Source: Kofleriaceae bacterium (GTDB taxonomy: Bacteria; Myxococcota_A; Polyangia; Haliangiales; Haliangiaceae). Taken from it: 19,319 nucleotides of DNA. The notes under the pieces were generated by a model. The model saw only the letters and a list, made by a program, of their open reading frames with translations, was not told the DNA's origin and did not search any database. This document shows, piece by piece, positions 1 through 7,469 of the stretch. The DNA is taken from NCBI GenBank assembly GCA_046597055.1, contig JBKJLC010000203.1, positions 1-19,319 of the forward strand. The letters are read 5' to 3'. Each line of letters starts with the position of its first letter. The first letter of the stretch is position 1. The position numbers and the translations under genes were made by a program.

Positions 1-627
1 ATCGCCGTTGCCGTCGCCGAGCTGGCCACCCGCCTCGACACCATCGACGTCCTCGGCGTCCTTGGTGATGATGTTGACCACGCCGAGCAGCGAGTTCGAG
101 CCCCACAGCACGCCGCCGGGGCCGCTGATCGTCTCGATGCGCTTGATGAGCTCGATCGGCTGGGCGCGGCCGAAGCTCGCGTTGTTGAGGAACGGGTCGA
201 ACAAGGACAACGAGTCGTGCAGCAGCTGCACGGCCTGCACGTTGCCGCGCACGTTCACGGCCGGGAGCAGGCCGTGGATCACCCCGAGGCGCATGTAGCC
301 GGGGACCGCGTCGAGGACCTGGTCGACCGTCTGGAACTGACGGTCCCGGAGCTCGTCGGAGGTGATGACCGTGACGATCACGGGCGCCTCCTGCACGGTG
401 GTGACGCCCTTGGCCGCGCTCTGCACGACGTTGGCCAGGTCGAGCTGGCTGTCGGCTTCGCCCCCGGCCTCACCCGACGCACCGACGACCTCGGTGATCA
501 CCGCCGGCACCTCGATGTCGATCGGATCGCCCTCCGCCGCGAGCGCAGGACTGCCGAGCATCGCCCCGCCGGTCACGAGGATGGCGGCGAGCGAGCCGGC
601 GACATTGCGAACGGTGTTGGTGTTCAT
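1..627 (-). CDS. TonB-dependent receptor, paralog 2 (N-terminal 209 aa; runs off the left edge of the window)
   Basis: Not in the ORF track. Manual translation from ATG at 627: MNTNTVRNVAGSLAAILVTGGAMLGSPALAAEGDPIDIEVP...VTVITSDELRDRQFQTVDQVLDAVPG...IKRIETISGPGGVLWGSNSLLGVVNIITK (signal peptide + plug motifs). GGAG RBS upstream; closely similar to 698..3181. Confidence 0.93.
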   Translation of the reverse strand, partial: MNTNTVRNVAGSLAAILVTGGAMLGSPALAAEGDPIDIEVPAVITEVVGASGEAGGEADSQLDLANVVQSAAKGVTTVQEAPVIVTVITSDELRDRQFQTVDQVLDAVPGYMRLGVIHGLLPAVNVRGNVQAVQLLHDSLSLFDPFLNNASFGRAQPIELIKRIETISGPGGVLWGSNSLLGVVNIITKDAEDVDGVEAGGQLGDGNGD

Positions 628-697
628 CGAAGCTCCAGGCGACGCGTGCGCGGGCCGTGGATAAAATCTGTCAGTACGCGTCGGTGAGCCCCTCCGC

Positions 698-3181
698 TCA
701 GTACATGTACTGCGCCGACAGATACCCGCGGACGTCCTCCATCGGGTTGGGCAGGAACTCCAGGCGCGGCTCGTAGTCGAAGAACGTATCGGGGTGGTAG
801 TAGCGGGCGTTGAACGCGTTGAACACGGTGGCGCGCACGGTCAGCTTCGGGGTCGGCGTGTAGGCCATGCCGAAGCTGAGGTCGGCTGCCGCTGGCAGCC
901 GATCGAGCGTCACGCTGGACGCATGGCTGCGCAGGGGGGTCGACTGCATGGTCGTGCTGTTGACGACCGTGCCGCGCGGGGATGTGGCCGGGCAGCCGCC
1001 ATCGAGCTGCTCGCAGTAGATGAAGTCGCGGTGCTCGACCAGCCGGTTCGCGTCCTCCATGGCGCCGACCACGCGCAGGTCGGTGAACGCGGTCAGCTTG
1101 TCGTCCATCAGGTTGTAGATGCCGGCCAGGTGGAACATGTGCTCGGGCACGGCCTTGTGGATGCCCTTGTCACGGGTGTTGAGCCGCGTGAACGTGTAGG
1201 CGAACTCGAAGCGGTGGCCACCCTGGACGTACAGCTTGGCCAGCCCTTCGGCCGAGTGAATCCCGCGTTCGGCGCTGTTCACGAACTCGCCGCTGTTGAG
1301 CTGGATGAGGTTCTCCATGCGCGTGTACGAGTAGTCGGCGCGGAACGACAGCTCGCGGATGCGCCGGTCGCCCTTGAACAGACGAGCGTTGACCTCGGCC
1401 TGGGCCGCGTCCGAGGTCTCGACCGAGAGGTCGGGCGAGCCCTCGAGCGTCACGCTCTCGCCGTTCGACTGCAGGTTGAGGAAGGTCGGCGGCCGGAAGC
1501 CCTGGGCCAGGTTGAGCTTGAGGTGCCAGTCCGGGATGAAGTTCCACACCGCCGTACCCGAGAACAGCGAGGTCAGCGGGTAGTGGAGCGTGCCCAGCGA
1601 CTCCGGTGACACCTGGAGACGGGCGCCGGCATCCAGGATGAGCTTCTTGGTTGGCTTCCACTGCGGGTTGACGTAGATGCCGCCGACCGAGCGGGTCGAC
1701 GGAAACAGGAACGTCAGCGGGCAGCCTGCGATGATGCGGACGTCGTCGCGCGCCTCGGTGGTCGGATCCGGCTCGCGTGGGCACGGCAGCGGGAGGCGAT
1801 CGAGGCGATACGGGGCGATCACCTCCGCCTCGATGCCATCGCCCTGGCGGGCCCGCTTGACGCTGTTGGGCGCGAACTCGCGGAACGCCTCCGCGCCGTA
1901 GCTGACCCGGAGATCGTTTGGTAGCTCGACGTCGCCATCGAACGCGGTGCCGACCCGGTACGACGTGTTGTCGACCCGCACCGACAGGCCGCCTTCGAGC
2001 AGCACCGGCACCGGCGCCAGGATGCCGAGGTGCGAGATGTTGCGGACGAACTGCTGGCCGTACACCTTGACGCCCACGCCGGCCTTGCCGCCGGCGGTGC
2101 GCGTGCGCAGCTCGGCGACCGCGTACCGGTCCGAGTAGTCCAGCCGGTTGTCACGCGCCCGCCGGCCGCGGTCGAGACACCGATCGGAGGGGTCGTACTC
2201 CACGTCGGGGGTGCACGTGGGATCGTCGTCCTCGGGCAGGTGCTGGCGCGTCACGGACCCGGGGAAGCCCAGCGGATTGTGGCGCTCGATGAACGGCGCG
2301 CTGACCCGGACCTGCAGCTTGCCGTACGTCGCCTTGGCGAAGAGATTGAGGATGTAGCTCTGCGGCGGATCGGCCTGGGTCAGCGGACCGTAGAAGTTCG
2401 CCGAGTTAGGCTGCGGCAGCGGCGCCGAGAACATCATCAGCGGCATCTCGTAGCCGGGGCCTCGGTAGCTCTCGAACGAGGTGTGGACGAGCAGCTTGGC
2501 CTTGCCGTCGAGCAGATCGGGCAACCCGGCGATGGCGAAGACCCGCGCGTTCCGGCGATCGCCGTTGCCATCGCCGAGCTGGCCACCCACCTCGATCCCA
2601 TCGACGTCCTCGGCATCCTTGGTGATCACGTTGACCACGCCGAGCAGCGAGTTCGAACCCCACAGCACGCCGCCGGGACCGCTGATGACCTCGATGCGCT
2701 TGATGAGCTCGAGCGGGTGGGAGCGGCCGAAGCTGACGTTGTTGAGGTACGGCTCGAACAGCGACAGCGAGTCGTTCAGCAGCTGCACGGCCTGCACGTT
2801 GCCGCGCACGCTCACCGCCGGCACCAGGCCGTGGAGCACGGAGAGGCGCATGTAGCCGGGGACCGCGTCCAGGACCTGGTCGAGCGTCTGGAACTGACGG
2901 TCGCGGATCTCGTCGGAGGTGATGACCGTGACGATCACGGGCGCCTCCTGCACGGTCGTGAGGCCCTTGGCGGCGCTCTGCACGACGTTGGCGAGGTCGA
3001 GCTGGTTGTCGGCCTCGCCCCCGGCCTCGCCCGCGGTGCCCACGTCGGTGATCACGGCCGGCACCTCGATGTCGATCGGATCCCCATCCGCGGCGAGCGC
3101 GGGATTGGCGAGCATCGCCCCGCCCGACATGAGGATGGCGGCGAGCGGGCCTGCAAGGTTTCGGTGGTTCGTGCGGATCAT
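698..3181 (-). CDS. TonB-dependent outer-membrane receptor
   Basis: 827 aa; signal peptide ending PALA; plug motifs VTVITSDEIR...LDAVPG and IKRIEVISGPGGVLWGSNSLLGVVNVITK; barrel motifs QGFRPPTF, FNAFNARY; aromatic C-terminus (YLSAQYMY); GGAGG RBS. Confidence 0.95.
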   Translation of the reverse strand: MIRTNHRNLAGPLAAILMSGGAMLANPALAADGDPIDIEVPAVITDVGTAGEAGGEADNQLDLANVVQSAAKGLTTVQEAPVIVTVITSDEIRDRQFQTLDQVLDAVPGYMRLSVLHGLVPAVSVRGNVQAVQLLNDSLSLFEPYLNNVSFGRSHPLELIKRIEVISGPGGVLWGSNSLLGVVNVITKDAEDVDGIEVGGQLGDGNGDRRNARVFAIAGLPDLLDGKAKLLVHTSFESYRGPGYEMPLMMFSAPLPQPNSANFYGPLTQADPPQSYILNLFAKATYGKLQVRVSAPFIERHNPLGFPGSVTRQHLPEDDDPTCTPDVEYDPSDRCLDRGRRARDNRLDYSDRYAVAELRTRTAGGKAGVGVKVYGQQFVRNISHLGILAPVPVLLEGGLSVRVDNTSYRVGTAFDGDVELPNDLRVSYGAEAFREFAPNSVKRARQGDGIEAEVIAPYRLDRLPLPCPREPDPTTEARDDVRIIAGCPLTFLFPSTRSVGGIYVNPQWKPTKKLILDAGARLQVSPESLGTLHYPLTSLFSGTAVWNFIPDWHLKLNLAQGFRPPTFLNLQSNGESVTLEGSPDLSVETSDAAQAEVNARLFKGDRRIRELSFRADYSYTRMENLIQLNSGEFVNSAERGIHSAEGLAKLYVQGGHRFEFAYTFTRLNTRDKGIHKAVPEHMFHLAGIYNLMDDKLTAFTDLRVVGAMEDANRLVEHRDFIYCEQLDGGCPATSPRGTVVNSTTMQSTPLRSHASSVTLDRLPAAADLSFGMAYTPTPKLTVRATVFNAFNARYYHPDTFFDYEPRLEFLPNPMEDVRGYLSAQYMY

Positions 3182-3295
3182 CGAAGGCCTCCAGGCAAAG
3201 CGAGCGGCGCGCCGTCCAGCGAACGTTCAATACCGGCAGTGCGCCGTGGCGGCGGTACCGGTTGGAGGTACATGCGGGTCATTTGGCGCGGCGCC

Positions 3296-5245
3296 TCACG
3301 GCGTGCGCTGCTGCGCCTTGATGAAGTCGACGCGCTCGTTGAGCGGGTCGCCAGGCGGGTTGTTGCCGAGCGGTCGGTCGGATCCGAGCCCGACCGCGCC
3401 GGGCATCTGCTGGTCGGGGACACCCTGGCTCTTCAGGTAGTCGAACACGGTCTGCGCGCGCCTCTGGGCCAGCGCCTTGTCCTTCGCCTTCTGGCGGCGG
3501 ATCTCGGCGGCGTTCTTCGAACGGGTGCCCAGGGCCACGTGGACCTCGATGCGGATCGCCAGGCTCCGGTCCTTGATGAGGCCAGCGACCTGGCCAAGGA
3601 TCACGCGCGAGGCCGGGGTCAGGTTGGCGCCCTGACCGGCGAACTCGATCTTGTTGCCGCGCAGGTCGATGCGGTCGCCCGCCTCGATCGGTCCGGTCGA
3701 GGTCCGCACGTCGGGACAGCCATCATCGTCGTCGACACCGTTGACGGTCTCGGGATCGTTGGGGCAGCGGTCCTGCTTGTCGGCGAAGCCATCGCCGTCG
3801 TTGTCCTCGTCGGAGCAACCGTCGTCGTCCTCGAAGCCGTCGACATCCTCGGCGTCGTCGGGGCAGCGGTCGGAGCTGTCGAAGATGGTGTCGCCGTCGT
3901 TGTCGGGCTCGGGACAGCCGTCGTCGTCCTGGAACGCATCGCGATCTTCGGGCTGATCGAGGCAGCCGTCGTCGACGTCGATCACGCCGTCGCCGTCGTT
4001 GTCGAGATCGGGGCAGCCGTCGTCGTCCTGGTAGCCGTCCTTGTCCTCGGCGTCGTCCGCGCAGCCGTCGGACAGATCGGGCACGCCGTCGCCGTCCTTG
4101 TCGCCGCGGCCGATGCGGGCCTCGCTGGCCGGCTGTGGCGACCAGATCGCCCCGACCATCACGCGGAAGTCGTCACCCCGGGCGCCGACCGGCGCGGCCG
4201 AGCCGGCCAGCGACGCGGTCAGGTGCGGGCTCACGCGGTAGTGGACGCCGGCGACCGCGTAGCCGGTCACGTCCTTCTCCTTCGCGCCGGGCGCGAAGTC
4301 GGTGGCGTCGAGGCTGGAGCAGCGCCGCAGGTCGGCGAGCCGGCAGTCGCCGTACGACAGCGCGCCGGGCATCGGGATGAACCCGACCACCTCCGCCGCC
4401 AGGACAAAGGCGGGCGCGAGCTCGTAGAGGCCGCCCACCCCGGCGAACGCCTCGGTGCCGACGTCGAGGATCGCCTGCGCGGCATCCTCGGGAGTCTCCT
4501 CGGGCATCAGCACGCGCGGGTCGTAGGCCTCCAGCACCGTGCGCTCGCGGATGCGGGCGCCGACGTTGAGGACCAGCTTGGTCGCGCTCAGGCGATCCTT
4601 GCGGAGGTCGACCGCGATCCGCGGCTCGAACATGAGGTTGGCGTCGCCGAGGAACATCTCGTCCTCGCCGAACGGCAAGGACACCGTCCCGATCGCGGTG
4701 ACCGCGAGCCGGGGCGCGTCGAGCACCGCGTACTTCATGCCGACCCGCACGTCGAGCGGCCCCGACAGGCTCTGGGCCTCGAAGCCGCCGGACGGATCCA
4801 TGTTGGAGATGTCGCGCAGCGAGATCATGCCGGTCGACGGGTCGGCGGAGGTGCCGCGGTAGCGGCCACGCTCGCCGTAACCGGGCCCGGTCTGCGTGCG
4901 GTAGACCGCGGCCGCCAGGCCGATCGCGACCCGCTTGCTCACGGTGAAGCCGAACGCCATGTCGAGCGTCAGCGTGTAGTCGAGGATGCTCGACTCCGCG
5001 CCGTTGCGGATGCCGGGCACCGACAGGTTGAGCGGGTTCTTGGCGAACCCCATCATCATCTTCCAGGTCAGGTCGCGCCGGGTCGGCAGCCGCGCGCCCT
5101 CCAGCGAGAACACACCGCTGGTGTCGTACGAGGGCCGGAACAGCACGGCGTCGACGCCACCGGACGGCTCGGCGCGGGCGACCGTCGGCGCGAGCAGCCC
5201 GCCGGCGCCGGCCGCCAGCGCGAGACCGAGGCGGCTCACGGACAC
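3296..5245 (-). CDS. Outer-membrane protein: predicted beta-barrel + thrombospondin type-3 repeats + OmpA-like C-terminal domain (TraB-like architecture)
   Basis: Start moved to GTG 5245 (GGAGG 6 nt upstream; alternative GTG 5239 overlapping the upstream TGA); signal peptide ending VARA; DxDGDGxxDxxDxC repeats; C-terminal LAQRRAQTVFDYL...GLGSDRP...NERVDF. Confidence 0.9.
   Translation of the reverse strand: MSVSRLGLALAAGAGGLLAPTVARAEPSGGVDAVLFRPSYDTSGVFSLEGARLPTRRDLTWKMMMGFAKNPLNLSVPGIRNGAESSILDYTLTLDMAFGFTVSKRVAIGLAAAVYRTQTGPGYGERGRYRGTSADPSTGMISLRDISNMDPSGGFEAQSLSGPLDVRVGMKYAVLDAPRLAVTAIGTVSLPFGEDEMFLGDANLMFEPRIAVDLRKDRLSATKLVLNVGARIRERTVLEAYDPRVLMPEETPEDAAQAILDVGTEAFAGVGGLYELAPAFVLAAEVVGFIPMPGALSYGDCRLADLRRCSSLDATDFAPGAKEKDVTGYAVAGVHYRVSPHLTASLAGSAAPVGARGDDFRVMVGAIWSPQPASEARIGRGDKDGDGVPDLSDGCADDAEDKDGYQDDDGCPDLDNDGDGVIDVDDGCLDQPEDRDAFQDDDGCPEPDNDGDTIFDSSDRCPDDAEDVDGFEDDDGCSDEDNDGDGFADKQDRCPNDPETVNGVDDDDGCPDVRTSTGPIEAGDRIDLRGNKIEFAGQGANLTPASRVILGQVAGLIKDRSLAIRIEVHVALGTRSKNAAEIRRQKAKDKALAQRRAQTVFDYLKSQGVPDQQMPGAVGLGSDRPLGNNPPGDPLNERVDFIKAQQRTP
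3710..4102 (-). repeat. Four ~33-aa (99-nt) TSP3-like Ca-binding repeats within the OmpA-family gene
   Basis: DKDGDGVPDLSDGCADDAEDKDGYQDDDGCPDL / DNDGDGVIDVDDGCLDQPEDRDAFQDDDGCPEP / DNDGDTIFDSSDRCPDDAEDVDGFEDDDGCSDE / DNDGDGFADKQDRCPNDPETVNGVDDDDGCPD. Confidence 0.92.
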
Positions 5246-6342
5246 GGAACGCCTCCGCTGGTCTCGGCGTCCTTCAGCTGGACGAAGACGACGGTCGGGA
5301 TCGCGGCGGCCAAGGACTCCGGCCACCGGCAACCCGTCGGCTCGGCGCCGACGCCGTCGTGGTTGGTTGCCGATGCGACGTTGATGACGAGCGCGGTGCC
5401 GTTGGGCCCGGTCGCATCGGTGTTGGCGACGTGGGGCAGGACCGTGCTGCGGGTGACGCCGGTGTCAGAGAAGTAGTAGTCATCGGCGGGGATCAGGTTC
5501 TGGTTGCGGCGGATCCGGACCCCGGTGACCGGCAGGCCCCGGTGGCGGAACACGGCGGCCAGCACGCCGCGGGCGGAGAAGGTGGCGCCGGCGATGCCGG
5601 AGGTGGTGGTCCAGGCCTGGTCGGTGGCGTTGCGGGTCACGTACGCGCGGAAGTTGCGCGCCGGAGCGGCCGCGGCGTTCGGGGTCGCCGCGCCGGTCTG
5701 CTTGTGGTTATCCGCCCCGCCGGTCCGGTCGTCGGTGCCGATGCCGAGGAAGCCGAAGGCAGGTCGGGTCAGGTTCTCGGCCACGAAGCGACCGCAGTCG
5801 TCGAGCTCGTACTTCACCGGCAAGATCTGCATCGCGCCCGACGGGTTCATCGAGAACTCGAGGGCGTCGTAGAACTTGACCTCGAGCGCGCACGGGCCGC
5901 TGGTCGCCGGCATGGTCGCGCTGCACGGCTGGCCGGTGAAGCCGACCGCGGGCGCCACCAGCTGGTCGGTCTGGGTGTCGTAGAGCCGACCGCACACGGT
6001 CAGCTTCATCGCCTGCGGCGCCGGACACGGCAGCTCGGTCTCGCACATGGTGCGGGTCGCGCCCGAACCGATGCAGGTGACGACCCCGGTGTCGGGATCG
6101 ACCTGCGGCTGCGTCGTGTCGTCATCGCAGACGACGACCGGGGACGGGACGCAGGTGCCGGCGGCGCCGAGCTTGGTGCCGGGACCGCAGCCGCCGTTGT
6201 CGGTGCCGACGCCCGCGACGCAGGCGCCATCCTTCTCGACGGTGCCCTCGCCGCATTCGACGGAGGTACAGCTGAGAGAGCTCACCGCCGCCGCCGCCGC
6301 GAGAGCCGCGGTCGCCAGGGTCAAACAGGTGTGGTTGCGCAT
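5236..6342 (-). CDS. Putative Cys-rich lipoprotein of unknown function
   Basis: 368 aa; AGGAGG RBS overlapping the upstream stop codon; hydrophobic leader ending VSSLSC (non-canonical lipobox); N-terminal CGxGT...GxCV repeats; stop overlaps the start of the OmpA-family gene. Confidence 0.85.
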   Translation of the reverse strand: MRNHTCLTLATAALAAAAAVSSLSCTSVECGEGTVEKDGACVAGVGTDNGGCGPGTKLGAAGTCVPSPVVVCDDDTTQPQVDPDTGVVTCIGSGATRTMCETELPCPAPQAMKLTVCGRLYDTQTDQLVAPAVGFTGQPCSATMPATSGPCALEVKFYDALEFSMNPSGAMQILPVKYELDDCGRFVAENLTRPAFGFLGIGTDDRTGGADNHKQTGAATPNAAAAPARNFRAYVTRNATDQAWTTTSGIAGATFSARGVLAAVFRHRGLPVTGVRIRRNQNLIPADDYYFSDTGVTRSTVLPHVANTDATGPNGTALVINVASATNHDGVGAEPTGCRWPESLAAAIPTVVFVQLKDAETSGGVPCP

Positions 6343-6351
6343 GCGAGCCTC

Positions 6352-7368
6352 CTAGAAGTGGACGTTGTCCGTCCCAAGATCGGCGAAGATGGAGAGGTCG
6401 GCCGAGATATTGCCGTCGTTGTCGTTGATCATCGATGCGTTGATCACGCCGCGCGAGTAGCGCTCCGGCGTGCCGCCCATGAAGTGATACCCGGTGGCGC
6501 TGCGTGCCGCGCCGGCTGGGTCGGCCGCGGGGTCGTCGTATTCCCAGTTGATCATGTACGCGTCGATGCTGGCCAGGTTGGTCTCGACGTAGACCCCCGA
6601 ACCGCCGACGGGACCGCCGTTGATCGGGTTCGAGCCCTCGACCAACCCGAAGAGGACGCCGCTGAGCGGCAAGATGAAGATCCGGTCCGAGCCCTCGTAG
6701 AACCCGGGACCGGCCTCGGTCCACGCCGCTCTGCACAGGCGCAGCCGGACCGCGTTGTCGGCGTCAGCGATACACCGGGCCGGTGGGATCGCGTTGGGGT
6801 CGCCGCAGTCCGCGGCGATGGGTGGATACTTGTACGGTGAGTAGCTGGTGACCGCCTTGAGGTCCGAGGCCAGGCTCGGCAGGAGGTCCATGCGACGCTC
6901 GGCGGTGAGCACGTCGATCACGTCGCCGGGATCGAGCCCGTCCTCGAACGGATCGTCGATGCCGACGTCTGCCTTCAGCCGCTCGGCGTACCGGGTGACA
7001 TGCAGGCCGGGATAGCGGGTCGCTTCCAGGTCGATGAAGCACGGCGACGCCGGGTCGATCACCGGGACCAGCTCGAACTCGTGCACCTTGTAGACGAAGG
7101 CCCGCTCGACGGTCTTGTTGCCGGCGTCGTCGAGCACCGGTACGCCATCGGCGTTGACCTGGTACGCGAAGTCGGTCCCCCACAGCACCATGTGCGTGTC
7201 GGCGGGTGGCTGGTTCGGTGTTGGCGTGTCCCCGGGTCTCGCCGCGGTCGGCACGGTCTCGTGGAAGTCGATCTGCACGTTCGAGCCGCCGTAAGGCTCG
7301 ATGCAGCCACCAACGCCGACCAGCGAGGTCGTCATCATGAGAAGACGCAGAACGGGCATTCCAGCCAT
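6352..7368 (-). CDS. Putative lipoprotein of unknown function
   Basis: Start moved to ATG 7368 (alt 7359): MAGMPVLRLLMMTTSLVGVGG-C lipobox; the upstream part of the 536-aa ORF is an off-frame overlap with the FadL gene; 9-nt gap to the next gene. Confidence 0.85.
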   Translation of the reverse strand: MAGMPVLRLLMMTTSLVGVGGCIEPYGGSNVQIDFHETVPTAARPGDTPTPNQPPADTHMVLWGTDFAYQVNADGVPVLDDAGNKTVERAFVYKVHEFELVPVIDPASPCFIDLEATRYPGLHVTRYAERLKADVGIDDPFEDGLDPGDVIDVLTAERRMDLLPSLASDLKAVTSYSPYKYPPIAADCGDPNAIPPARCIADADNAVRLRLCRAAWTEAGPGFYEGSDRIFILPLSGVLFGLVEGSNPINGGPVGGSGVYVETNLASIDAYMINWEYDDPAADPAGAARSATGYHFMGGTPERYSRGVINASMINDNDGNISADLSIFADLGTDNVHF

Positions 7369-7416
7369 TCGCTTGGTTCCCCTCGGTGCCACCAGTGCGG
7401 CGCCGTAATGAAAAAA

Positions 7417-7446
7417 ATGATAGCCGCCTGACAGTCCGCGAGTCAA
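7417..7446 (-). promoter_or_regulatory. Putative sigma70-type internal promoter
   Basis: Minus strand TTGACT-N18-TATCAT in an AT-rich 101-nt intergenic gap, ~50 nt upstream of ATG 7368. Confidence 0.6.
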
Positions 7447-7469
7447 CGTGGCGAGCCCACGTGCTTCAG

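Noticed and set aside
3182..3295. Cobalamin riboswitch or Fur box upstream of the TonB-dependent receptor
   Set aside because: Only 114 nt, GC-rich, and no B12-box or GATAATGATAATCATTATC-like sequence seen.
2030..5476. 1148-aa plus-strand ORF
   Set aside because: Antisense shadow of the receptor and OmpA-family genes; typical of high-GC codon bias, no motifs.
5236..6342. Naming the pair traA/traB
   Set aside because: No MYXO-CTERM, Cys repeats are N-terminal and few; orthology cannot be shown from sequence alone.
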